From Dicyema japonicum (taxonomy: Eukaryota > Animalia > Dicyemida), in NCBI GenBank assembly GCA_011109175.1, contig RDEW01000040.1, positions 372,001 to 436,000 on the forward strand: 64,000 nucleotides of DNA. Reading direction: 5' to 3'. Under the pieces are notes generated by a model. That model was given only the letters and a program-made list of their open reading frames with translations. It did no database searches and was not told the DNA's origin. Each line of letters opens with the position of its first letter. The stretch's first letter is position 1. Made by a program: the position numbers and the translations under genes. Below are positions 13,392-25,109 of this stretch, piece after piece.

Positions 13392-16374
13392 CATTATTAT
13401 TTATTTTATTTATTTAAGCACTTCACGAGAGCCATACTAATTATAGCCCCGCATGTGCAGCAAAAGAAACAAGGTTAGATGTCATCCTTTTCCATGCTCC
13501 CCTGTTCCTAGCCAAGGCTCTCATGCTGTCCAGGTCGTCGGCATTTATTAGATTTTTTTTGATATTGACCAGGTCTTTTTGCAGTGTTGTTCTTGGTCTT
13601 CCACGATAGCGGCCTTCTTGGCTAATAAAGTATGTTTCCATAGATATGTTAGGTGGGGATGTTAATTCCATCCTCAGCACGTGTCCGAAGAGCTTCCATC
13701 AGGATTCCAGTTCTTCTAAGCTGATAGGTCTAGTGCTGCATCTCTTTTATAAAGCATTCCTCGATATTCTCGTAGGCCAATTAGTTCTTGTTATTTTTCT
13801 CAGCTGACCTCTGTGGAACGAGTCTAGTTTTTCCATATCCGCTGATGAGGTCGCCCAAGTTCTAGCGTTATATAAAAGTACGGGTTTTATGAATGAGTCG
13901 TATAATAGGATTCTCATTTTCGTGTCGATGCTTTTTTGATTGAGCCATAGATTCTTCAGTTTATATAACGCTGCATTGGCTAGAGTTTTCCTACGTAAAA
14001 TATCTTCGCTATCTCCCAAAAGTGAACCGAGTTTCTTTACTTGTCGCCACTTCTCTTCTAGGACGTTACTCATCCTTCTTATCTCTGTGAGTTCTGTTTT
14101 CTCTCTGTTCACAGTAAAAAACCATTTCCCTAGTACATCTGGTCCTTTTACTAATAGGTGTTCCAAGACCTCTTTGTCTTCAGAAATTAGGTCTACATCG
14201 TCCGCGTAGATCACTTCTTCCGTCTTTCCTTGGTATAACGGTCTAAGTTCCTTCATAGCGGCTTCCAAATAAATTGTGAATAGTAGAGAAGAAAGTCTCC
14301 TTGTGGAGTGCCCGTGTTTGTTTCAAATTTTCTTGAATAGGTCTTTCCGACTCTCACAAGGAGCTCAGTGTTAGAAAGTAGAATTCGCGTCATCCTTAGA
14401 CTCGATTCATCAAGAAATCCGCTCAGTACCCCCATCAATTTGTTCCTGTTAACCGTATCAAAAGCTCTTGATAGGTCAATTCCCAGGATATTGGTAGCGT
14501 TACGGTATCTTTGATATGTTGCACACCTCCATCTGTGACTCCAGACCGCATCAGCTGTGGATCTCCCTTCTCGAAAACCACTTTGACTATCTGGTAGGTA
14601 TTTGTAAGCAGATCCTTTTATTCGTTCAAGCACAATGTTTGCCAAGATTTTGCGTAATGAATTTAGTAGTATGATGGGTCGCAAATTTTCGAGCGGTCCT
14701 CTGTTTTTGTTGGTTTTTTGTATGGGGATTAGTAGTCCCGTACCCAGAGGGCGAGTTGAGTTAGTTGAAAACATTTCATTTAGTAGTGTAGCGATTTTTT
14801 CAAAAAGGAGGTCAGGGCCGTATTTCAGTAATTCTGGGTTTATCGCATCTGGTCCGGGGCTTCTGTTATTTTTGAGTTTTGATTTCCTCGGCCGTGATTG
14901 GTATCTCCAGGGGTCTTGGCTTTCTATCAAATGGGTGGATTTCTATGGTTTTGATGTTGAAAAGCTTCTCAAAATGAGCCACGATGGCTTCAGTTTGTTC
15001 TTTGGTGTTCAGTATCAGCTTACCGTTCTCGTCTTTTATGGATAGTCGACTTCGGTTTGTTCACCGCAGCAAACGGGCAGCGACGTACACCTGTGCGTTG
15101 TCTTTCACTTTGTTTACTTCTTCTATACAGGAAGCTATTTCTTCTATGAAAAGCTTCTTGTTTAGACCTTTTATTTTTCTTCTGACACGCTGCCTTTCGC
15201 CTTGAAGGGTTTTTATCGTATTAGTGTCAGTGGCATTTAATTTTCTCATATTTATTTCTTTTAGACTTTTCGTAAGCTCAGGAACATCTGGATGAATAGC
15301 CTTCAGGTGCATTTTACAATTCTCCCTTTTGCCAAGACATACTTCAGCAGCTTCGTTGATGGTGTCTTTTGTGCGTTTCCAGGCGTCTTCTAACGTGGTA
15401 TACACCAATACGTCTGGATATGACTCTGAATGTATTTTTGATATCTCTCAGTAGTCTCCGGTTGGGAAATCAGCCTTTCAGTCGCGTAATCGGCTCTGAT
15501 TTTCTCAAATTCGTGATTTTTGGCATTCATGTATTTGATGGCATGTTTTTCAGGGTGAAGGTCGCAATAACCATCTTGTGGTCGCTAACAGTCATCGAGC
15601 CTTCATATAAACGAGCGTTTACTAGAAGGTGTTTGTCTTTAGCCCGGCATATGACATAATCTATTTGGTTGTATATTGGGACCAGCTTTCCCTCTGAGTT
15701 CTTTCGCTTCCCCATCCACGTAGTTTTGTGGCAGGCAGGATGCGTAAATGCAGTATTGCATAGAAAAAGGTTGTTTGTCATACAAAAGTGACCAAAAATT
15801 GTCCCGGGTAGGTGTCTTATTCTACGTCCATGTTCTCCCAAGAAAACGTCATCCGGGTAATTCTTCAACCCGAATTTTTGCATTCAAATCCCCAGCAATG
15901 AGTATTAGTGATGACGACTCATATTCGTTGTACGTCCGTAGTTCTGTCGGATCTTTCGCTACTCTCCCGCAGTGTGGCGCATAAACATTTACAATTGTCA
16001 GAAAGCTCTTCGAAGGGGGTAAGTCGTTTAGCAGGATTTGTATAACACAGATCCTGTCATTCACACTCCATATACGGTGGACTGCACTTGTCAACTTTGA
16101 GTGGATGGCAAATCCAAGTCCATAATGTTTTAGTCGCTCGGCTGACATATAATTCGATATTCGCCATAGTTCTCATCAAGGCTACAAGTTACTTTCGTCT
16201 CTTGTAGGCACCCAATAGATACGTCGTATCTCTCCAGGTCGTGGATAAGCCTCTAGCATTGAACGTAAGGACCTTTAGACGAGATGCATCCCTTTGTATC
16301 CATTGCCTTTTAGACATTTTTTTTCAATTGCGATCCAATCAAGAAACGAGGCACGTCACCACCTCACCAAAAAA
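13392..16374 (-). mobile_element. Near full-length decayed RTE non-LTR element (copy A)
   Basis: ATG at 16317: MSKRQWIQRDASRLKVLTFNARGL; GDLNAK, NQIDY, VSDH; SPGPDAI, RPIILLNS, GIDLSRAFD, PQGD, YADDVD; GRPR tail; (TAA)n-like 3' end near 13392. Highly similar to 52617-55273. Confidence 0.92.
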
Positions 16375-17560
16375 TCCCTCCACAACGACATTGGTGTTCG
16401 ACGCAAACATCAATTCCCAAGCGTTGTGCGATCCCAATCCGAATACAGTCATTGTCCAAAAGGGTCCCCAGGGAAGAACCGAGAGTGCATCCATCCACGC
16501 TCCACTCCCATGGTTGTCGGCGGACACGAATCATGCAAGACGATGCTGGTAGGCCTCAGACTTTAGCACGTCGAAGATATTCTTGGAGTAGATATCATCT
16601 CAGTCACGTTGCCTCGAAGGATCGTTCGGCATATTCAAACTTGTTTCACACCATTCGCGACGAGCTTCGTAGAAGACTCTTTCCCAAGAAAGTCAGGTAG
16701 AAAATGTAGGATATCTTAGACCAAAAGGCTTCCACTTGAGAGCATGACACATATGCTGGAAATGCGATCTCCAGCGCCGACCTGAGACCCATTCCTCCGA
16801 GGCGTGTAGGAAGCTTGCATTGGTTCCAACTCGACACATCAAAGTGGATGTTTAGAAGCAATTCAGCTGATTTTCTCAATGTCCTATCCAATGACAGGAG
16901 AATGTCACGATGTTTGAAGCAGGGAGAATATCGGAAAGCATATAGAAGTTTGGGCAAGCCGATGCTATTCTTCAAAAGGAAAAACGCTGTATGAGCATCG
17001 AATAAGGAGAGTTTCTCAGTAACTCTAGAGAGTTTATCCTCTTTTGTTAGTAGATAGCTCCGCAGTTCCTTTTCGTCAAGTGGGCACCCAAGAAAGTATG
17101 CCCGCTCTTGGGTACGACAGTAAATCTAGGTAGTAACGAGTTGAAAGACTCGACCACGATGATAAAATCACTTTCCAAGTATGTGATATTTATTAGCTCC
17201 GATTTCTTTATATTTATCTCAAGTCCGGGGTTTCGTAGTGCCGTCACGGCATGTGACAGAACGTCATGAACTTTTCTCCACGGCCCTCCAATCGTGGCGT
17301 CATCAGAATACAAGAGGTTTAGTTGTGTGTTGATAGTGCGGACAATTTCATCGATGGCCAGAGCGAAGAGAAGTAGACCAAGTGGGTCCCCTTGTTGGAC
17401 TCCAGTCTCCGAACAGATAATCTTGTCCCCGAAAACCAGTGAAGAATTGGTTCCGTAAGCGAGGTAGACAAGTGGAATAAAAAAAACTTTTTTCACAATA
17501 TCTTTGTTAAGAAGCGTTTGCAGCTCTGGGAAATATCCAATAAATCTCATTCCAAAATCG
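16375..17560 (-). mobile_element. CRE-like RLE-type non-LTR element fragment (RT and C-terminal region)
   Basis: SETGVQQGDPLGLLLFALAI..LLYSDDATIGGP, KLPTRLGGMGLRSA, GSGAWMDAL, GTLLDNDCIRIGIAQRLG..HQCRCG. Confidence 0.8.
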
Positions 17561-17629
17561 GTCAGATTATTCTCGTACCATTTCTCTCTCTACGGGGGTG
17601 ACAAGCTTGGTGTCTTCTTGATTTCCCTT

Positions 17630-17760
17630 GCTATTTCAGAATACCCCGACATACCAATTACTCTTCCGGATATTGGCAGTGACCACATTCCATTGTTAAT
17701 ATCCGTGGATATGAAAATTATTAATGAACCTGGAGTCTTTGTCGGTTACGGTAATAGTAC
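17630..17760 (+). mobile_element. APE endonuclease C-terminal relic
   Basis: LPDIGSDHIPLLISVD, similar to LLWDIGSDHIPM in the 28107-31190 element. Confidence 0.5.
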
Positions 17761-17889
17761 CCAAATTAGTTCATATAAATTAATTTAATTAATTATATAA
17801 TTAATCAAATAATAAATTAAATTAATAAAAAATCAAATAATATCAATCAAATAATATCGTTGTGATTGATGTTTGCTCTACAAAATTTA

Positions 17890-18420
17890 ATGGATATGGA
17901 TCTGGAATCAGTTATTAAAGCAAAGAAATCAAATAAAAAATCTAATCCAAGATCAACTAATTTACGATCAAAAAAGTTTAACAATCGTCTTCCCTTAATG
18001 ATGAAGCGAGTTTCTCGATTTCCTCGTTTCAGTTACTCCAAAAATATTTCAAACCAAAATTCGTTACATTTTGGTCTATTAGTGAAGAATCTTCGGTTTT
18101 CAGTCACAGAAAATGATCTCAGGGTTTGTTCCTGTGTTTTATTCTCAGATTCTTTTTCGTGACGTTGGAAGGCCAGTTAATGTCCAATTGCACTTTGATC
18201 GTGATGGCCGGTCCCTGGGAATAGCTAACATCACATTCTCCAACCTCCAATCTGTGCATAAGGCTATTCGGAGATTTAACGGTGTAACTCTAGATGGTTG
18301 TTTTTGTTTGTGATTGTAGGAATGCCTATGAAGTTGTCTTATGACTTTGCGACAGTTAAATCTTTGTTTACCTCTAATATTAATCGAAACCGTAGACCTC
18401 TGTTACGTCGTACTATGTGA
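17890..18420 (+). CDS. ALYREF: ALYREF/THOC4 (Yra1)-like mRNA export adaptor; 3 exons
   Basis: N-terminal MDMDLESVIK motif, basic region, RRM LLVKNLRFSVTENDLR|ILF..LHFDRDGRSLGIANITF..AIRRFNGVTLDG. Introns 18124-18148 (25 nt) and 18297-18319 (23 nt). AATAAA at 18431-18436. Confidence 0.85.
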
Positions 18421-18529
18421 TTGTTTACTTAATAAATGTTTGCTTTATTGTTATTTTCTAAAATTTTATTTAATTTTTAATTATATGTACAATTAAGGAA
18501 GGAAGTCTGATTAGCATTTACATTTAAGG

Positions 18530-18790
18530 AAGGAACTTGCATTTGGTAATATTCGCGGGATTTCTATCTTCTAAATATGGAACTGCTGACAAGGAAAGTA
18601 TTGAGTCTCTAAATACGACCAAGAAGCGATATCCAATGGATAAAATTAATTGTAAATCACTACATTCAATTTTGCTCTTATGTGTGGTTGAACTAACGTC
18701 ATTGTGGAAATCATTAGCAACTGGAAATAAAGTTATATGAAGCAAAGCGTTATACTTTAAAAAAGCGTTATACTGCTTATTGTAAGACAA
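18530..18790 (+). mobile_element. R4-like relic
   Basis: Nucleotide similarity to 42090-42290 (..KYG.ADK..DKINCK.LHS..). Confidence 0.55.
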
Positions 18791-19199
18791 AAAAATTGTT
18801 TTCTTTAATTACTGGATCGTTATGTAACTATTGCGAGGACAATAAAAAACTACTGATCATTCAGGACTAAAAACCTGAAAAAAACAGGGAAAGACACCGA
18901 CCAGTAATTGAGAAACTGTTTTTCAAACAAAAAGACCCTCCGCATAAGAACTCTAAAACTTGGACAAGGTAATAATATTGAAAACAGAATGAGAAACTTT
19001 AATTAAAAAATAAAAATTATACAAAAAGTAACAGTGAGGAAAAGGATATTAAAAGTCATCGAAGAAATCGAAAAATGTATAAATGATACAAAGGCCCTCT
19101 AAATAAGGAATTTCGCGTAAATTCACTGAAAAGGATATCCACATAGGTGGGAAAATAGTTTGGGAACCTCAATAGGTTGATTTGTTCCGATTCAAAATG

Positions 19200-19490
19200 G
19201 TCTCCAATAAATTTTTTCAGGTTTTGGATAAATTCATCAATAAACATTAAGAGATATTTACAATGTGTTTTACATCTTTAGGTAAAAAAGTCATCTTTTT
19301 TAATTCCTATAAAAAATTGATTTTAAGGGGACCTATTAGTAAGTGGAACATTTTACAAAGGTCTTCGACATCTTTAGGTAAAAAAGTCTTTTTTTTTAAT
19401 CTTATAAAACTTGATTTTAAGGGGTCCTATTGGTAAGTGGAACATTTTACAAAGGTCCTTGACATCTTTAATTAAAAAAAGTCATTAATT
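19200..19490. repeat. Dispersed non-coding repeat with ~94-96 bp tandem units
   Basis: ACATCTTTAGGTAAAAAAGTC..TTGATTTTAAGGGG.CCTA..GGTAAGTGGAACATTTTAC units start at 19272, 19368 and 19462; second locus at 58975-59188. Confidence 0.85.
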
Positions 19491-21540
19491 AGGTGATCTC
19501 GAAGGCCTCAATCAGAATTTTCATTTTTTTCTCGTGCGCCTTCTGGGATCCAGCACAACTTCTCTGTGGGCGGGGTGGTTTCGGGAATAGGAATTGGAGA
19601 GGGGTGACACGTCGTGACTGTGTATTGTTGAGAGTTGTACTGCTTGCACAGGGTAGCAAATCCCTTTCCATTTTATCGGATGAGGTCTTCAAGTGATGAG
19701 GGTATTAGTTTTTATAGTTTCCTGAGATTACTAATAGTAGTGGCTGTCCCGGATTTTTTGTTTGTTCGTCCAGGACAGATTGATTCCCCATGACGTACAG
19801 GCATAGCTGACAGATGGCTCAATAAATTGTTTGTACAACAATTTCAAAGCTGGAATAGAGGTTTTGATGGCACCGAAAATAGTTTTGATTATTCCTAGCT
19901 TTCTTGAGAAGCCTCCAGAGACAGCGTCGACGTGAGATGAATAGGACATGTGTGTGTCGAAAGTGATCCCCAAGATTTTCAGTTTCTTCGTGAAAGGCAT
20001 TTTTGTCTGCTTGATTGATATATCCACTGTCATTTGTCCAAGTCGTTTGTCTGAGGTATATAAAGACGAAGAAGATTTTTCTGTGGATATATCAAGCCGG
20101 TTATAATTTCCCCAAGATTTTCAGTTTCTTCGTGAAAGGCATTTTTGTCTGCTTGATCGATATATCCACTGTCATTTGTCCAAGTCGTTTGTCTGAGGTA
20201 TATAAAGACGAAGAAGATTTTTCTGTGGATATATCAAGCCGGTTATAATTTAACCATAATCAAATCTTGTGAAGGTATTTTTGTAGTCTTTCTGATGCCT
20301 TTGGGATATCTTGATCGTGGGATCCGATTAATAAGTCATTAGCATATGATATATGATAGGATGAAATCGTCTTTATTAACGGGTTGTGGTAAATGTATAA
20401 GTTAAATAAGACGGGTGATAAAGGGGAACCTTGTGGGACACCATTGGGTAGTAATCTTGAAATTGATGTGGTCCCTTCCATGTATACCCAGGCCCTTCTT
20501 CCATTTATGAAGTTAGCAAGCCAAAGTTTTATATTGGGGTTGACGGGGAGAACAAACAATTTCCGGGTTAGGATTTTCCTTGAGACAGAGTCGAAGGCCT
20601 TTTGTAAATCGATCGAGCAGACGACTGTTTTGAGATGACGAGGATTTGTGTTAAAGCCTCCAATGATAAATTGGTTGAGGGTAGTTATGTGTGTATAAGT
20701 TGAATGACCCCTTCTGAATCCATGTTGTGAGGACGAAAAAGCAAGTTCGGGGTTATAATGTTGAGAATCAATTTTTCAAATAACTTTGATAAAGTGCATA
20801 GTAAAGAGATTGGTCGAAATGATGAAGGATTGTCCTTTGGCTTCCCAGGCTTAAGAATTGGGCGTATAAAGGACAGTTTACAGATAGGTGGAATTGTCTT
20901 CATGTTTATTGAACAGTTGAAAATCACTGTGATTGCATCAATCGCAATAGGTCCAAGGTGTTTTAGTAAAATACCAGGGATAAAATCTGGGCCACATGAG
21001 AGAGAAAAATTCATCCTCTACAAACCCTCACTGACATCTGAATGAGAGATAAAGTTAATCGGCTGTGTTCTCTTCGGTCTTATTGAGGATAAAGAAGCCC
21101 CATCCATTTTCCTGAAAGGTTTGTGGCTTATACTGGCGTAATATTTCATGAGCCTGTTAAGACTGTGCTGATCCGTCTGTTGTCTTTTAAAATTTTTTTT
21201 TGGGCCATATTGTTTAATTTCTCTCCATGTCGTCTGAGCAGATTTCTGAAAGGAAAGGGAAGATACTAGTTTGTCCCATTTGTTGGCTTCAGCTTTTTTA
21301 ATCCTTTTTGATATTTCGTCATTGAGAGTTTTTGTTTGATTTTTCTGTCCGGGAAATGAAGGTACATGTCTTTTCAGTCGATTCCTTTCTTTAATTAATG
21401 ATTTGGTGTTCTGATCAAGTTTTTCATTTAGAATTTAAATGATCCACCTGGAATGAATGTTCACCGCGCCATGAAAATAGTTTTGTTTAAAAAGTCAATA
21501 GCTTTATCTATTGAGGGGATTATGTCGCGAGCGCTACTTG
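19490..21540 (-). mobile_element. 5'-truncated I/ingi-like LINE RT (family of the 6479-9140 element)
   Basis: SCGPDFIP, RPILKPGK..FRPISLL, SIDLQKAFDS, GVPQGSPLSP, YANDLL, KILGITFD, YKQFIEP. Confidence 0.85.
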
Positions 21541-21639
21541 CAACTATGCGCTACCTAGAATATCGATTTTTTTGCTCGAAATTAAACGAATAGTATTAAG
21601 ACACTCACAAGTCGAACCATTTTGAAAAATGAAAAAAAT

Positions 21640-24500
21640 AAAAAATGAATTAAAACAACAAGTTATGGAATAGGTAACTATCAGTCCGCCGGTTGGCCTG
21701 GACTGTTCCTCCGGGTACCCCTTATCCTTGCTATCCATCCAATTACTAATTTATCTCCAGAACGTTGTAGGTACAAAGCCAGTACGCCCATCTCCAGATA
21801 GTTCTCCCTTTGTAGGTCCTTTCCCCAGTATGTTATTCCACGGTGGTCCCAAACCGTCCTGCAGGGACCGATGATGTGGTTAACAAAGTCCCGTGTAGAT
21901 CCCGATTCGAATGTAGGGATCAATAGAAACATTTTTTTAAACAACAACAACGATTTATTGACAAAAGAGTTAAGGAGATTTCTGGAAGGTATTACATCTG
22001 AGTCCTACAATAAGGCTTGGACTCCACACCTGGACCCTTCCTCCTTTTTTTTATTATTAATCTTTTTTTGAACGTTTCTCCCAGCTTTTTAATCTTTATT
22101 CTTCCAGCTTTATGTATATGTCCTGGACCTTTGATCTCCTCCTGAAACCATTGATCCGATCCTCCACAATCTTGCTAATCGGTTCCAGGAGCTTGTCCTC
22201 GTTTAGACAGTCTTTCAATTTCTTGTTTAAGGAGAGCTTAATTGCAGCTCTTCTAGTCTTCTCTAGGAGGGATAAGATCTTGTTTCTCTTCGGAGAGAAG
22301 AACCACCCCTCGCACCCATAAAGTAAGCTAGGGAGAATAACTCCCTTGAAGATAAACAGGTAAGTGTCACGGCTAATGTGTAACTTCCATGTACATAGGA
22401 ACGACTGAAAGGCTTTTTTTCTCCTCCCCTTTATGTCGTCCATGTAATCTCCTGCATGTCCATAGTCGACCCCCAGGTAGCGCAGACTGTGTGAATTGTT
22501 TACTCCCAGTGTGTATTCTTGTTTCAGGTGCTTTTTCAAACTGCTTATTCGGAGTGCGCAAGATTTTTCAGCAGAGAGCTTTAGCCCTCTCAAGTTGCAC
22601 CAATGCTCAATCTGGTCAACATACTCCCGGATTCTTCCTTCTACTTTTCTTTTGAATGATATTGCATCAGACATATATCCACACACATTCACAAAAGATT
22701 GTCTTTCCTAAAGATAATTTCTTAGCCAAACAAATAGGTATCTTGGAACACATGCTGATACAAGCTGCTTTAACAACGCTTCATGGCATACACTGTCGAA
22801 TGCTTTCGAGATATCAAGACATAATAAGTTTATTTGTCTCTTGGAATCCTTTGCTTTCATGATTTCAGAATTCAGTAGAAAGAAACAGTCTGCACAGCCT
22901 CTTCCGGGACGAAAACCCCACTGATCCGGAATCAGAAAGTCGTTTTCTTCTATATGTCTGCTTAGCCTTTTGAAAATGATACGTTCAATCACTTTTGCGA
23001 AAGAACATACAGTCCGACCCCGAATTGGGGCAGACCCCATGGGTGGGGCACCCTCGGATTTTGGGGCATTTTTTTTGGCCAACATTTTGGCAGAGTAAAA
23101 TGGAAAATCAATAAAAAATATGGAAATTTTTGGGCACTATAAAATTGTGGGGAATGAAATTATAAGTAAATAAAATTATATTTTATTAATAAATATATAA
23201 TTTTAATTTACACGTTTATTTACATTTTTTGTTGTGAATGGTTATCAACTACTAAACAAAATTAACGATTGCTAAATTGATATTGAAGAACAAATTATCT
23301 GAAAGACAGATAATTAAAAAATACAAAACTAGTAAAGGTATGATTTCGCGAATAAAAAAAACAATTGTACCTTTTCTTGAACAAGGAACTGTAAACACGG
23401 ATGAGGATCCTATGCCTTATTGTGAGAAATCTAAATTCGATGATCAAGTTTTTGAAATATTTCAGAAACTACGCGAAGATAAGGTTCCAATATCAGGTCC
23501 TTTCATAAAGAAAATTGCCTTATATACGGCTTCAAAAATTGGATTTGATACTTTCAAAGCTTCAAACGGCTGGCTTGACAGATTTAAAAAGCGACATGAA
23601 CTGAAATTTAAATCAATTTGTGCAGAAAAAAATTCATGTGACTTGACTTACATCAATGAGTTTTTTAAAATTCTTGATGAGAAAATTATTCAATATGGAA
23701 GACAAAATGTTTTTAATTGTGATGAAACTGCTCTTTATAGAAAAAAGACTCCACGAAATCGTTTGTCGGAATAAATGACGATACTTTTGGCTTTAAACAT
23801 GGAAAAGAAAGAGTCACTGTACTTCTTTGTTGCAATTCCATGGGGGAAAAACTTGAGCCATTGATTGTTGGAAAATTTGATGAATTCAAACGGTTGATAA
23901 ACAAAATAAACCTTCGTCATGTAATTCTGCTAATTTCTAAAAGCTGGGAAAAACTTGATCCAAGTTTAATATTTAATTGTTGGAATCAAATTGAAAAGAT
24001 TTGTGATTCCGTAAAAATTGAAGATACCATTACAGAAGAAATGATCAACAATGCCGTAAACGAAACATTGAATGGGGAAAGTGACGAATTCGTTGATAAT
24101 ATTTACAACGAAGGTTTAGAAAACAATAACATGGAAACAATTCTAAAAGAAACGCAAGATTCTCTTGATCAGTTAGAGAAGAAAATTTTTTACATATCTC
24201 CTGAAATGCTCAAAGAATTTTACGATTTTCGACTTAATTTTATGAAAAATGTAAGAAGTAAAAGGATAACTGGGGATAAATTAACTGATTATTTTTCTAA
24301 AATTGATTTTTGATGTTAAAAATCTCTGTTTTATTAAACCCCTGTTTTTGGAGCACCCCCGCTTTTTGGGGCACTTGGTGCCCCAATTCGGGGTCGGACT
24401 GTATTAAGCTAATTGGTCTGTACCTTGCCGGATTTCTCTTTGCTTCCCTGGTTTTGGAATCATCCTCACATCAGCTTTTTATTAATTTTTTTAATATTTC
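21640..24500 (-). mobile_element. I/Jockey-like LINE RT, interrupted by a pogo element
   Basis: YRPISLICSFAKVIERII is restored on removing 23010-24401 plus one TA; QWGFRPGR, CLDISKAFDSV, LRYLGV; 3' end near 21640. Confidence 0.85.
23010..24401 (+). mobile_element. pogo/Tigger DNA transposon, internally deleted, perfect 23-bp TIRs, TA target duplication
   Basis: CAGTCCGACCCCGAATTGGGGCA (23010-23032) and its exact reverse complement (24379-24401); TA at 23008-09 and 24402-03; CENP-B-type HTH (PISGP..FKASNGWLDRFKKRH), NCDETAL. Confidence 0.95.
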
Positions 24501-24512
24501 ATGAAACATTTT

Positions 24513-24790
24513 AAAAAATGAATTAAAACAACAAGTTATGGAATAGGTAACTATCAGTCAGCCGGTTGACCTGTTCCTCCGCGTACCCCTTATCCTATCC
24601 ATCCAATTACTAATTTATCTCCAGAACGTTGTAGATACAAGCCAGTACGCACATTTCCAGATATTCTACTTTTGTAGGTTCTTTTCACAGTATGTTATTC
24701 CACGGTGGTCCCAAACCGTCCTGGAGGGACCGATGATGTGGTTAACAAAGTCCCGTGTAGATGCCAATTCGAATGTAGGGCTCAATTGGT
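24513..24790 (-). mobile_element. Second copy of the LINE 3' end found at 21640-21930
   Basis: About 280 bp alignable by eye with 21642-21925, with scattered substitutions and small indels. Confidence 0.8.
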
Positions 24791-25109
24791 GTAAGTACAG
24801 GTCAACTTGAAAAATATCCGGAGTCGCCCATGAAACATTTTAAAGTAACCAGGTTTACTCTAATGAAACATTATAGACAAGACAAATTTTATTTTCTAAC
24901 AAACCCCAAAACTAATTACTGTTAAGAAACCAAAACCTGGTGTGGGTACAGGTCAACTTGAAAAATATCCGGAGTCGCCCATGAAACATTTTAAAGTAAC
25001 CAGGTTTACTCTAATGAAACATTATAGACAAGACAAATTTTATTTTCTAACAAACCCCAAAACTAATTACTGTAAAGAAACCAAAACCTTACCCAAAACT
25101 AATTAAGTG

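Noticed and set aside
15540-16370. RIP-like CpA/TpG to TpA bias between RTE copies A and B
   Set aside because: Some such changes occur, but CpG transitions and transversions are similarly common. Not separable from ordinary AT-biased decay without a family alignment.
16320-16374. HDV-like ribozyme at the RTE 5' end (CCTCG resembles L3)
   Set aside because: P1/P2/P3 pairings could not be built around the motif by hand.
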